From assembly GCA_950097015.1 (NCBI GenBank), contig CATNEN010000012.1:3658001-3722000 (forward strand): DNA of 64,000 nt, given 5' to 3'. The stretch is from Macrostomum hystrix (lineage: Eukaryota > Animalia > Platyhelminthes). Of the stretch, positions 1 through 15,000 are shown one piece after another. The first letter of the stretch is position 1. Each line of letters opens with the position of its first letter. Both the position numbers and the translations under genes were made by a program. The notes under the pieces are model-generated. The model saw only the letters and a list, made by a program, of their open reading frames with translations, was not told the DNA's origin and did no database searches.

Positions 1-205
1 ATCAGCTGAGATTTGAGACTGACTCAAACAATCCATCAGCTGAGATTTGAGACTGACTCAAACAATCCTATAGCTGAGATTTGAGACTGACTCAAACATT
101 CCTTTAGCTGAGATTTGAGACTGACTCAAACAATCCATCAGCTGAGATTTGAGACTGACTCAAACAATCCATCAGCTGAGATTTGAGACTGACTCAAACA
201 ATCCT
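1..205. repeat. Minisatellite, ~34-35 bp unit
   Basis: About 6 copies of ATCAGCTGAGATTTGAGACTGACTCAAACAATCC; runs off the window start. Confidence 0.95.
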
Positions 206-734
206 TAAACTAGGCTAATTAGAAAAAAATTATCAAGATTTAACGCAGCCTGATGGGATCATTCGCTAAAAATCCTTTCTATATGTAAACAAAGCTTTAC
301 TTATAAACAAACAACTCGTAGCGGACCGGATGCTGCTAACCTGGCTTGACAACAAGTTTATGTTCTGCTCTATAAGATTTACTTTTTTTAATTCGCCATT
401 ATGCATGCCTGCAAGTTGGTGTTCAAAAATGCATAAATAGTTAATGAAGTTCTTAGAGTAAAATAAAATTTAGATTTATTATTTTTTCGTGACTTGTTAA
501 TAATAAACAAGCTAAATGCATAGGATTGGATTTAGAATAATGGTACACAGAACTATTCAATGGATCGTTTAAATACTCGATCGGTGCAGGTGAACTCACT
601 GCTAATTTCAAATTGATGTCCATCTTGAATTGACTAACTTGGGTAGAAAGGCTATATTTGTTACCTTTGCGTGTATGATTATTACAGCTATAACACTTCT
701 ATTTTTAACGCATACTAAACCAAACCCTGTGGAT

Positions 735-1530
735 CCCATTGTTCACCACATGCAAATCCCATTTTTCACCCCATGCAAACCCCATTGTTCACCACATGCA
801 AATCCCATTTTTCACCCCATGCAAACCCCATTGTTCACCACATGCAAACCCCATTGTTCACCACATGTAAATCCCATTGTTCACAATTGCAAATCCCATT
901 GTTCACAATTGCAAATCCCATTGTTCACAATTGCAAATCCCATTGTTTACACATGCAAATCCCATTGTTTATACATGCAAATCCCATTGTTTACACATGC
1001 AAATCCCATTGTTCACAATTGCAAATCCCATTGTTCACAATTGCAAATCCCATTGTTCACAATTGCAAATCCCATTGTTTACACATGCAAATCCCATTGT
1101 TTATACATGCAAATCCCATTGTTTACACATGCAAATCCCATTGTTTACACATGCAAATCCCATTGTTTACACATGCAAACCTCATTGTTCACCCCATGCA
1201 GATCCCATTGTTCACCCCATGCAGATCCCATTGTTCACCACATGCAAACCCCATTGTTCACCACATGCAAACCCCATTGTTCACCACATGCAAACCCCAT
1301 TGTTCACCACATGCAAACCCCATTGTTTACACATGCAAATCCAATTGTTAACAAATGCAAATCCCATTGTTTACACATACAAACCCCATTGTTTACACAT
1401 GCAAATCCAATTGTTAACAAATGCAAATCCCATTGTTCACCACATGCAAACCCTATTGTTAACTTACACAAACCCTATTGTTCACCACGCGAAAATCCCA
1501 TTGTTACCACATGCAAATCCCATTGTTCAC
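735..1530. repeat. Minisatellite, ~21-22 bp unit
   Basis: CCCATTGTTCACCACATGCAAA(T/C) variants; the ORFs at 630-1682, 773-1351 and 877-1548 are repeat translations. Confidence 0.95.
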
Positions 1531-2794
1531 ACATCTGTACAACTCTAATTCTTACACACGTCTCACACAAGCAATTCCGAAATATAATTGAAGCTTTTCT
1601 ATTTCGCTGGCAGAATTGGCAGCGAATGCAGGCAAGGATTGGACTCAAAAGACAATTGCAGTTACGGAATGACTTGCTATAACTGCTCATTATCTTAGTT
1701 ATTGTATTTTAGTGGGGCCGCTAAGACTAATGTAAGTGTATATCCTTCACAAGTGAATTCTGAATTTGCCCGTTTTCGTGTCCGTGTGCTCGGAGGCAGA
1801 CACAGTCACGGCCGCCAGTGGAAATTTGAATTGAAAGTTGAAGAGAGAGAGAAAAAAAACGACACATTTTATAACTGTGCTCTCACAATGGAGTTTAGAA
1901 TTAACAGACAAGCAGATATACACATTTCACCCCTCCGCATAGTGAATTGGATTGGCACAGTAAACGGAGGGGATAAGCCAATTCGAGAATGCGTTAACTA
2001 CAGCTGTTTCTCTTTATTTTTTTAGCAATTTTCTAGCACTGACCACCAGCAGATTTTGAGCACAATACAACTAGAGGCTAACTGTGCCAATGAAGGGTGT
2101 CTCTACACGCCAAAAATGCTCAAGGGGTATTGGTCACCAGTTAAGCTTCTTTAAGTTGGAATTAAATATGGTTAATATCCCAACAGAAATGCTCTCTAGA
2201 GACGCACAATAGCTAAGCCTATTAAATACTTGCCGTTTCTTATTGCGTCCCTGGTGCAATTTACTAATTCATTGTCTAAAGTTATTCTGTTGTTGCTAAG
2301 CGAAGGTTGACTGGCTAAAGACGGAAAGTGGTCTGAGATACACCCCTGCATTGTATTCAGAGGCCTGTATGCGGCTTATAATGCTCAGAATATGGGGCAA
2401 TAAATGTTTGCTGCCTGTTTGAGCACAATGTCCGCTCAGCAACTGCGGGCTGGGCTGCTTCGCTACTGAGGAAGCGGCGGCAAACGGTCATAAAAATTGT
2501 TTACGAGGACCAGGCTAAAATGCTCAAAGACTTGTTATAAAATTTGAGCCCGAGGCTTTAAAACCCGTTCGAATTCGTGTTCCATACTGCCCAATGTCCA
2601 GGTGTCATCCGTAAGCCCGATATAGGTTGTGGCCATAGACATGAGGTTAGGTGCAGGGTTAGTCTGCTCAAGCAAATGCGTGGGTGGCACCAAAACTGTT
2701 TGGATCTATAGGAGATTAGATTGACTTTTCCGGTAATATCTGACAAGCCATTCTCAACCAATCGTTGACCCCACTCAATTTTCATGAGTTCTCT

Positions 2795-3160
2795 AATGAG
2801 ATTCGTCAGAATTCTCCAGTGAGATTCGTCAGAATTCTCCAGTGAGATTCGTCAGAATTCTCCAGTGAGATTCGTCAGAATTCTCCAGTGAGATTCGTCA
2901 GAATTTTGCAGTGAGATTCGTCAGAATTCTCCAGTGAGATTCGTCAGAATTCTGCAGTGAGATTCGTCAGAATTCTGCAGTGAGATTCGTCAGAATTGTC
3001 CAGTGAGATTCGTCAGAATTCTGCAGTGAGATTCGTCAGAATTCTCCAGTGAGATTCGTCAGAATTCTGCAGTGAGATTCGTCAGAATTCTGCAGTGAGA
3101 TTCGTCAGAATTCTCCAGTGAGATTCGTCAGAATTCTGCAGTGAGATTCGTCAGAATTAT
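2795..3160. repeat. Minisatellite, 23 bp unit
   Basis: GAGATTCGTCAGAATTCT(C/G)CAGT, about 16 copies. Confidence 0.95.
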
Positions 3161-3608
3161 CTTTTGAGCCAGAGTTTTAATTAAGCCGGTGGGACTGGCT
3201 GTATTGCCCTGAAACGCACGAACAACTGCCTGATTGTCAGCTCATTTAAGACCCTCAGGTGGGAAATCAGTTTTGCGTGGCGTTGAGGATTGCACACCAT
3301 CAGAGTGTGGGCTGAGGGTCTGAGTCGAGGATCAGTGCTCAAACTCTGCGCGCCCGCATGGAGGTCGAGTTGAGTGCGCCGCCCTCGGCCCACTTACACG
3401 GATGGGGGAAAACTGTGATGAAAGTGACAGTAAAGAATGGCCCAGCTCTCGCTCTGTGTCGACCATGCTCTTTCAGCGCTTGTCTGTTTTTTCTCGCGCG
3501 CCTAAAATTCTACTGATCCACTTCAAACGGCTTTGCCCCGTGCCGACTGCTGCCCGCTGGCGAGTGGCGACAGAGGAGCTCGCTGAGCCGTGACAAAGGC
3601 ACCGCGGA

Positions 3609-4360
<752 letters not shown>

Positions 4361-4996
4361 GCGTGGCGCATCATTTCGTCAGTCGCAGGCCAGTGCCCAC
4401 ACCAACTTAGCTGATCGTGCAGCGCTCAGTATTAACTCCGGATTGCCTTGCAGCTTAGATTGCTGCGGCAGGTCTGGCAGTCGCACAGGTGAGTAGCGCA
4501 GGTATTCTCGCCCAGCTGGACTATCGGGTTTCAATCCCATCAGAAGAAAGCGAGGCACGCAGCCTGGAATTCGTGCGGTCACGCCCACCAGGCTGCAATT
4601 GCTTCTTCTACTCAGCCCCGCTCGCTCCGCGGTCTTACCGATGGCGACGAGGTGGGAATTTCAGGAGGCTCGCGTTCGCCCTGTCAAAGGATTTGACGGG
4701 TTTGACAGAGCGGCATAGTGTGGAGCTTTTATTTAAGCCCCCCTCTTTAACGATGTCTGTTCGGGAGGTCGGTAAGGAACACTGGTATAAAGTAGGAGAG
4801 GTGGGCGTGGCTGCATGGGTGCGAAACAGCAGAAGTTTAAAGCGAGCATCGCCGAAATCTGAGCTCTGGATTCGGGCCTGCTGAGTCGATATACCGGCTG
4901 GAGTTGCTCGACGGGCTTGACACAGCGATGACAGTTCGGTGAGGGGCTTTCGCTGGCGAAAGTGAGGAATTAAGACCCGGCGCTATGTGCATTTGC

Positions 4997-4998
<2 letters not shown>

Positions 4999-5035
<37 letters not shown>

Positions 5036-5040
5036 TGTGT
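4999..5040. repeat. (GT)n microsatellite
   Basis: About 20 GT units. Confidence 0.9.
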
Positions 5041-6020
5041 TGTGCAGTTGCCACGCCACCCACTAATTAATTTTTGAGAGCTTCTAACATGCATGGAGCG
5101 ACTCCATAATTTAGCAAGTGTATAATCTACTCGGATAATTGCTCCCCCCTGATATCCCAGAGACACCGTATAATATGGTTCGCTGTTTGGAGCAACAGGT
5201 AGTTGTCAAGATATTCAACTCAATAACACACAAAATTCCCATCTTAAATTCCTAATTGGGTCCTCTGAAATCCATGTGAATTATAACCACGCATTTTATG
5301 CGAGCTTGCTAATATATATCTTTGCAGCGAGACGATCCCATAATGATAGAAAAATTCAGATTTACAGTGGAACGACTGCGTTACAACTTGGTTTCTTGGG
5401 TCAATTAAATACGATTGTGCTTTCTTACACATAACATTGACTTATATGAATAAATGTTAAATATTGAGTAGATGTGGGCTTCGATTGCAAAAAAAGCGGA
5501 TCGAGCTCATGGAATTTGGCTTCTTTGTTTACCAGCCACCTGCGACGACCAAATTATTTAGCCGTTCAGTTGTAGTGCTTAAGAATCAGATCAGTTTTAA
5601 ACTCGATTATAGCTCGATTGGGACATATTGCCAGCATTCCCACCATTTATTTTACGTATTTTACGTATAAACTTATCTAGCGGCATTTTTTTACTTTTTA
5701 AAACAAAACGAATATCTTTCGCTATGTAGGTAGCAGGCTTTGCGATTCCTAATAGCAGCTCACACAATGAAATTTTATTTTCTAAAGCATAATCTAGACT
5801 TCAGTTGTAAAGATATTAAATAAGTGCATCGGTCTACCTTTTAAATGACTAAACAGCATATTTTTTCATAACTGTCTTACAATATACCATTGTTCTCTTT
5901 TGCCTCCTGTAAGGCTGTAACGTTGTAAAACAGCGGCTTATAAAGTATACACCCATTACTATTAGTTCAGTTTGCTCAACATCCTACCAATACTTTTGTG
6001 TCAAAGTTAGGATTGGCACT

Positions 6021-9000
6021 ATGAATCCTTATTCTAGATCAAAGTGTCTTATGCTTCTAAAAGTTCTAGTTGCTTTAGCAACTCTCAAAACTAGCTATGC
6101 ATCAACTGAGTGTGTGAAACAGCAAACGGAAATTCAGAAAAAGCTCGGGGAAGAAGCTATCCGTTCGAAATTTGTTTCAGAAGTAAGTTCTAATCGATTT
6201 TCTCAGTCGTTGCTTTTGTATTTTTTCTTCAACGTAAACACTAACAGTCCACTCCGGTAACAAATGATCTGATTAAGAGTAGGACTACCAAGCCATTTTG
6301 CCGCCCGTTTTCATACCAAGGGAGAGGGAAAAATGCAGAAAAATCCTCCTTGAAACTTTTTGGCAGCGCCTGAATGCTAACAGCGTTGGGTGGTGACTGA
6401 TTGGTTGACTGACTAGACGATGGTGTACTGTGGTTGAGCTGCGACTAGTATTTTGGCTTGATCAGTGAAATTGGAGAAATTTGCGCCAAGGGTGTTCATA
6501 GTGTCCTATTTCCACCTTTTGTAGCCCTTGTTGAAGGTCTACCAAATGCGTCTAGATAAAGGTAGGTGACCACCGAAGATGGAGATGATGCAGGCACATT
6601 CGGGTGACATGCAGATAAATTTTGAAGGCCTGGCTAGGCCGCACTGAGGCGCAGTGCTAATTAGTGTAACCGGGTGTATAAAATACACTAGTGCTTATGG
6701 GAAAATGTAACCTTTGGTCAGAAACATTGAATATCTCTGAAGAGCAGGTGACTTAATTGTGGTTACAGAAGATGCACAAGTGTTTGCATTGTTCTGTTTG
6801 GGTGCAGCACAATTTTTTTGGGGAGGATTCCCCATTGGTAGTTCTACTAATAATTATCTCAAAGTGATCTAGTTATATGTGGCCTTTAATTAAAAAGCCA
6901 ACATGTAAAAGTTGTTTTCTGCTTTATTTTGATATTAAACTATTTTCTCATTTATTAGTCTGATTATTTATTGACTATTTTAATATACTTATACAGTATA
7001 CAATTATATATATTATAATGAAAGTAATAAGAAAGCACACATGTGTACTATGTATCCATATCCATATCTATTATTAAAAAAACTTCCTTTGCTGCCATCT
7101 ATTAAATAATGTGATTTACTAACTCATATGCATATAACTCAGAAATGCAACAGACCTAAGGCCAAGGGCTAATATAGGTTGGGACTCAACAGGTTCCTAA
7201 TGTAGCATTGAAATCTTTAGAACTCAAGTCCCCAACACCATACCAGGGAATTAAGATTTTCTATTGTAGGCAGTCTTAATTAGAGCATTTGTAATAAAAT
7301 CTACAAAACCTTTCTCCCAACAGGCTGAGGACTAGAAAGCCCCCACCACACCATGTGCAATGTGGCATTGGATTTTTTAAAGGGCTTTATTGTATGGGAA
7401 GTAAGTTTTCGAACCCTTATCTATATCCTGTAACTTCCTATAGTCATATCTGTAACATATCATATTACTGTCTTTAATAATCAAACTATTATAATATTGG
7501 AACTTAATATTTGAATAGCTAACTAACTACCTTGTAATAAAAAATGTACAATGTTGCTACTAAAATATTTGAGATGCTAGGCTGTGGCTTCAGTTAATAC
7601 ACCCTACCAAATTACAGGATGTGATAGTTCAATGAGCGTTTTCACTTATGTTTTTGTATTCTTGGGACTATATTTGTTTATCATTTGCAGAAAATAAAAT
7701 GCATATTATGAAACATTAAACTTTTATTACTTCTTTATTTTATAGTTCATTTTCACCAATGAGACCAAGCCAAAGCTTCTAATGACATGGGCAGGCAACC
7801 AGGTATGTCTTGCAAGCAAAGTTACAGTTCCGTGATTATAAAAAAAAGCTATGTACTGGTTTTTTTATAAATATAATCTAGTTTACATTCCTTTAACATC
7901 TTGCAGACACTCATCATGGTGACACTTCACACCCAAGGCATTCTCACGCGGGACTCTAGTGTCTATCGCAGCACTAATGATGGCAGAAGCTTTGTTGACA
8001 TCACCGCCAAGATTAGCGGCACTACTGGCAACTCCTCGCTGCTTGTCTCCCAGTCAAATGGCCTTCAAAGAAATCCGACTAAGCCTGATCGAATCTACCT
8101 GGCCTGCCACGATCCAGCCAGTATTGGCGGTGCTGCTGGCCTTCTTTATTACACCTTCGATGGCGGCGCCACCTGGCACAGGTCCAGCCCCGGCTTCCCT
8201 GTGCAGTCAGCTGAGATTCAGTTCCACATGGACAATCCTGATCAGCTGCTGGCACTCTCTGGCTCTAGACTCTATCTGTCTAATAATTCAGGCCAGAATT
8301 GGCAGCAGATTAAGGAGCGCGTCTTAAAGGTAACTCATTCTGATCCCTGTCCTTCAGGTTGATCTGGTCATTGCAATCCCTGTCCTTCAGGTTGATCTGG
8401 TCATTGCAATCCCTGTCCTTCAGGTTGATCTGGTCATTGCAATCCCTGTGCTTCAGGTTGATCTGGTCATTGCAATCCCTGTCCTTCAGGTTGATCTGGT
8501 CATTCTAATCCCTGTCCTTCAGGTTGATCTGGTCATTGTAATTCCTGTCCTTCAGGTTGATCTGGCCATTCTAATCCCTGTCCTTCAGGTTGATCTGGTC
8601 ATTCTAATCCCTGTCCTTCAGGTTGATCTGGTCATTGCAATCCCTGTCCTTCAGGTTGATCTGGTCATTGTAATTCCTGTCCTTCAGGTTGATCTGGTCA
8701 TTCCAATTTCTACCAATCTAATCCCAGTTGTGAATCCTTGCTTCCCAGGCCTCCTGGGGAGTCAGCGCTGGGGACAAGGACGCAATCTACGCCACCTACA
8801 GAGCTGAAGACGCATCCAGCAGCTTTTTGTCCCTGCTGCGCGACACCAAAATCGGCGGCGGCAGTTCGTCAGCCAATCGGCGCGTGGCGGGCAACAGCCT
8901 GGCGAAGTCTACGGATCTGGGCGCCAAATGGCTGCTCATTGCTGAGAAGATCTACTCGCATACTAACAAGGACGGCTTCTTGTTTATCTCCAAATCGGAT

Positions 9001-12000
9001 GACGATAGCAGTGACGCGCGGCATTTGGAGGTTCGGATAAGTTTTTTGCTTTTTTGGGCACTAAAATGCACTAAAATGGGTACCAGCATCAGCTGGGTTA
9101 GTTGACTGAACAGACTGAACAGCTGTACGCAGCCTTCAGATGCCCCTAGCAATAGCTGCCGCATAACAAAAAGTAATAATATTTGCTGGAGGGCAGTGGC
9201 ACATCATTTGGCAACACCTAGACCCGCAGCCAGCGAGGAGGCAATTCTGCCCATTTCGCTGACGCCTGAGCACACACGCACACAGATACCGTACGCAGGC
9301 ACACGCTCACACAGGTGTGTACATCTGCCCTGACTTTCTCATCGTCAGGCAGTGTACACTTCACGGTGCCTTGGAGGTTGGCCCTCAAGGGCGTAAATTG
9401 CACGACAAGCCCCCAAAGCCTTCTCTCCGCGGCTGCGCCCCAAATGAATGTGGCCTCGCCGCGGATCGAGCTCAGGCACCTTGGTGCGAGGGGCAAACGT
9501 GTTAACCGCTCTGTTACTCACTCTCCTAGCTGCAGCGTTATAACTTTACCTTAATTTCATCCCAATACCTGCCCAGGTGTCCACAGACTTTGGTAAGACA
9601 TTCAATCGCGCCCTGCTGCCCTCGGCCACACCGGACAGATATTTTGTCATCTTGGGCACCAGCGACGGTCTGGCCTTTGTTCATATGGCAGCCGGTAACT
9701 TCAGGGGCTACGGCACACTCTACACCTCCAATAGCCTTGGCCGGGTGTTTTCCAAGTCTCTGGAGCGTCACTTCTACCCGCCATTTGAGGCTAACAGCGA
9801 TTTCTACCAGGTTGAGTCCATGCGGGGCACCTTCGTAACCACCGTGCTGCACGAGGACTCCTCCATGCACACCGTCATCACGCACAACCGGGGCGCCGTC
9901 TGGAAGCATCTGGACAAGCCGGAGGGTGTGCCGTGTCCGATCACAGATTCCTGCCACCTGCAGGTGAGGAAGTTATTGCTGCGATGATGCCAATTCCAGA
10001 TCAGTTTTAGAAGTTTTTATTGACTTTTTTACTCCTATTATTTAATTTGAAGCTCGTCTTGACATTTGAAATCCCATATAAATAACAATTTAAAATCCCA
10101 AATGAGTTAAGATTTGAAATCCCATAGTAATTAAGATTTGGAATCCCATATCAAGATTTGAAATCCCATATCAAGATTTGAAATCCCATATCAAGATTTG
10201 AAATCCCATATCAAGATTTGAAATCCCATATCAAGATTTGAAATCCCATATCAAGATTTGAAATCCCATATCAAGATTTCAAATCCCATATCAAGATTTG
10301 AAATCCCATATCAAGATTTCAAATCCCATATCAAGATTTGAAATCCCATATCAAGATTTGAAATCCCATATCAAGATTTGAAATCCCATATTAAGATTTG
10401 AAATCCCTTACAAAGATTTGAAATCCCATACAAAGATTTGAAATCCCATATTGAGATTTGAAATCCCACATTGAGATTTGAAATCACATTTTTAGATAAA
10501 AATCCCATATTAAGATTTAAAGTCCTATATTTATATTTCAAATCCCAAATGAAAGATTTGAAATCCCATATCAAGATTTGAAATCCCATATCAAGATTTG
10601 AAATCCCATATTAAGATTTGAAATCCCTTACAAAGATTTGAAATCCCATATTGAGATTTGAAATCCCACATTGAGATTTGAAATCACATTTTTAGATAAA
10701 AATCCCATATTAAGATTTAAAGTCCTATATTTATATTTCAAATCCCAAATGAAAGATTTGAAATCCCATATCAAGATTTGAAATCCCATATCAAGATTTG
10801 AAATCCCATATTAAGATTTGAAATCCCTTACAAAGATTTGAAATCCCATACAAAAATTTGAAATCCCATATTGAGATTTGAAATCCCATATAATTCCCAT
10901 TTTGAAACCCCTATTTTAGGCTCCCGAAGCGCACACCCACATTACGGCTACAGTTAATGAATTATTAAACGCACATTGCAGGTTGCCTACCGTTACAGCC
11001 TCAAGCGAGGCGTACCCGCTGACCAGCCTAGGTCCGCGCCCAGCGCTGCCGGCCTGCTTGTAGTTCACGGCCACGTCGCGGCCAGCCTACAGTCCAGCCC
11101 TGCCGACGTGTTCGTCAGCAGCGACGGCGGCTATTCCTGGTACCGGGCCCTGACCGGGCCGCACATTGTCCAGATTGGCAACAATGGCAACTTTTTAGTG
11201 GCTGTTGAAAAGCCAATCAACGGCACATCGCCTCAGGTTGTGAAGTTCAGCACGGACGCTGGCAGATGTTGGCACAGTCACAAGTTCACCAACGAGAAGT
11301 ACACTTTCACCGGTCTGCTGACAGAGCCGGGACACAGGGCCCTCACCGTGGCTATCTGGGGCTTCGATAGCGACTCGCACCTCTGGCGGGTGGGTGTTGA
11401 AGGTCTACCACATGCTTTTGCGTGCTGCTTGCGTAGGCGGTGGTGGTCGGTTGACTCCTTGAAGATGGTGGTCAGTTGACCCTTCAAGATGGTGGTCAGT
11501 TGACCCCTTTAAGATGGTGGTCAGTTGACCCCTTCAAAATGGTGGTCAGTTGACCCCTTTAAGTTGGTGGTCAGTTTTGACCCTTCAAAATGGTGGTCAG
11601 TTGACCCCTTCAAGATGGTGGTCAGTTGACCCCTTCAAAATGGTGGTCAGTTGACCCCTTCAAGATGGTGGTCAGTGACCCTTCAAGATGGTGGTCAGTT
11701 GACCCCTTCAAGATGGTGGTCAGTTGACCCCTTCAAGATGGTGGTCAGTTGACCCCTTTAAGATGGTGGTCAGTTGACCCCTTCAAGATGGTGGTCAGTG
11801 ACCCTTCAAGATGGTGGTCAGTTGACCCCTTCAAGATGGTGGTCAGTTGACCCCTTCAAGATGGTGGTCAGTTGACCCTTCAAAATGGTGGTCAGTTGAC
11901 CCCTTCAAGATGGTGGTCAGTTGACCCCTTTAAGATGGTGGTCAGTTGACCCCTTCAAAATGGTGGTCAGTTGACCCCTTCAAAATGGTGGTCAGTTGAC

Positions 12001-15000
12001 CCCTTCAAAATGGTGGTCAGTTGACCCCTTCAAAATGGTGGTCAGTTGACCCCTTCAAAATGGTGGTCAGTTGACCCCTTTCGGATGACTTAACAATTTC
12101 TATAGAGTCGTTAAAAATTTTGATGGGCCACTAGATAGATCGAGTTTCAATGTGTTTAGAAAAATGGGTCAATGGATCCTTTTCAGGTAGATTATTGATG
12201 TGACAGGTGTCAGATGATATTAACTTCATATATCACATATTGATGTTTGTTTATTGATCACGGTAAAAATATAAAATATCAATTTGGCAGCATTAATCGT
12301 GACGAATTTTCCCCTACCGCTTTAGCATCAAGCGAGTATAATCTAAAAATACTATCTCTTACAGGTGAATAACAAGTTTTTGTATATCAGAAACTAGCGC
12401 CTAGAAGGCAGTAACAGAGGTCTGTACTTGAACTGTATATCCAGTTACCAGTTACTCAGTTATCTGAGCTGGCCATGTCTTGTATTAAGCTTTTACAGTT
12501 CTTATCTAGGCGCTAACACTGAATAAAGCAGACATTTTATTCTGAGTGAGTCATTGGGTTAGTGTACGGGTGTCGTTACTTATAAACAGTTATTTATAAT
12601 TATATGTATCTGTCGACTCTGAATTCGCGTTCTTGCCTAATGATAATAGTGCGCTATGTTCTTTCCTGCACTGTCTGCTGTTCTATTCTTCTCTGAATGT
12701 TCCTTCATGTTCTCTGCTCACATATTTCTCTGCCCGTTCCTTCCTTCTACCCTATCTCCTCTACCCCATCTCTTCTATACCATCTCCTCTACCCCATCTC
12801 CTCTGTACCATCTCCTCTACCCCATCTCCTCTATACCCCATCTCCTCTACCCCATCTCTTCTATACCATCTCCTCTACCCCATCTCCTCTATACCCCATC
12901 TCCTCTACGCCATCTCATCTACCCATCTCCTCCACCTCATTCCTTCTACCCCATCTCCTCTACCTCATCTTCTCCACCCCATCTCCTCTACACCTTTTCT
13001 CCTCCACCTCATTCCTTCTACCCTATCTCCTCCACATCATTCCTTCTACGCCATCTCCTCCACCTCATTCTTTCTACCCCATCTCCTCCACCTTATCCCT
13101 TCCACCTAATTCCTTCTACCCCATCTCCTCCACTCCATCTCCTCCACTCCATTTTCCCACCCATTCCTTCCACCCATCTCTCACCCCATTCCTTGTCCCT
13201 ATCTTATCTAGCATATTGTCTACTTCATCTGCAATCGTCAATGCCCCAGGTGTTCGTCATTGACCTCAGCGCTCTACTGGATCGTGCCTGCACTGATGCC
13301 GATTACGAATCGTGGCTAAGCAATGGCGATGTAAACTACGGCAACGCCAGTCACCAGGCGTGCGTGCTGGGCGCCAATGAGACCATCAAGCGACTCCGGC
13401 CCGAGAGCATGTGCTCAAGCAGCTACAGCTACACGCCCCAGGCCGCCTACTCGCCTTGCCTCTGCACCAAAGACGACTTTGAATGCGAGTACGGCTACAC
13501 CCGGCCGGTGAATAGCATGGACTGCAAGCCGGATCCGGATGTGCCAACGCCAAGGATCTGCGACGCTGACACCGTTACAGAGATCATCACCGAGGGCTAC
13601 AGAAAACTGCCTGGCAACCGTTGCGAGGGCGGCTTTAAACCCAAAGTTACTCAACAGGTGGGTTTTAGTTTACTGAAGTATTAAAGTTCATTTGCGAAAA
13701 AAGTAACTTCGTTTAACTATATAACAAAAACTTTTTTTTAAACTCAGTTAAAAAAGCATTTTCCGTTAAAAAAAACTAAAACTTCTGCTTACAAAAACTG
13801 AAACTCGTTTAAAAGTTTTTACAATAGAGGCGTTAGTCTTCATTAGTATTCGTTAGTATTCGTTTGAAATCGTTAGATTTCGTTATAAATCGTTAGATTT
13901 CGTTATAAAGCGTTAGATTTCGTTAGAACTCGTTAGATTTCGTTAGAAATCGTTAGATTTCGTTAGAAATCGTTAGATTTCGTTAGAAATCGTTAGATTT
14001 CGTTAGAAATCGTTAGATTTCGTTAGAAATCGTTAGATTTCGTTAGAAATCGTTAGATTCCATTAGATTTCGTTAGAAATCGTTATAAATTGTTAGATTT
14101 CGTCAGGCATTGTCAGTATTCGCAGGGATTGGACTTTTCAGTTTAAATAGTAACATTTTCCATTAAAAAATAGAAACTTTTCCGTTTGAGAAACTTGTGC
14201 TAAAAACTACTTTTTGTTTTATTTTTCCCCTTGATTCTCCACCCCCCCAGAAGGTGCTGAAATCTGCCAGGTGTCCCCAGCAAACTGAGGATCCCAGGAA
14301 GCGGGACAGTCAGCTGTTGATTGATGGCCTGAAGCAGCAGTATCAGCTGGCGGAGTCGGCCAAGGCTCAGCGCACAGTCGGCCTGCTGGTGCCGCTGGTC
14401 ATCACCGTGGCCATCCTGCTGTCCATTGTGCTCAGCCTGGTCGTGCTAGCCCGCCTTAGGGAGCGCCGCCGCCGCCGACTGGCCTTTCATTATTCGGCCG
14501 TGTCCGCCGCCGGCCGTCGGGCCGACGCGTATGGCGAAGAGGACGTCGAGTACCAGCCGGCTGATAGTATACTTCCGCGAGGCGGCGGCGGCGGGGCGCC
14601 GCAGCCCGGCTTCTACAGCGCTACGGGTGCTACTAAGAGGCCGCAGCAGCAGCAGCAGCAGCCGATTGCTGGTGCACGCAAGAACAAAGCCGATGATAAG
14701 CTGGCTCTGGTGGGCGAAGAGGATGATGAAGCTGTGAGCTGCTGCCTTTTCTTTTTCCGTTTTCTTTAGTGTTTTATCTCCCCTGTTATTCTCTTATCCT
14801 CTGCTTATTATGTCACCTGTTATTCTCTTATCCTCTGCTTATTATGTCACCTGTTATTCTCTTATCCTCTGTTTATTATGTCCCCTGTTATTCTCTTGTC
14901 TTCTGTTTATTATGTCACCTGTTATTCTCTGATCTTTTGTTTCTCATCTCACCTGTTATTCTCTTATCTTCTATTAATCATGTCACCTGTTATTCTCTTA

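Noticed and set aside
630-1682. 350-aa Cys/His-rich ORF with hydrophobic N-terminus
   Set aside because: All three frames are open because of the minisatellite; non-ATG start; no non-repetitive domain.
2795-3160. CRISPR-like appearance of this and other regular arrays
   Set aside because: No unique spacers, no cas genes, eukaryotic context.
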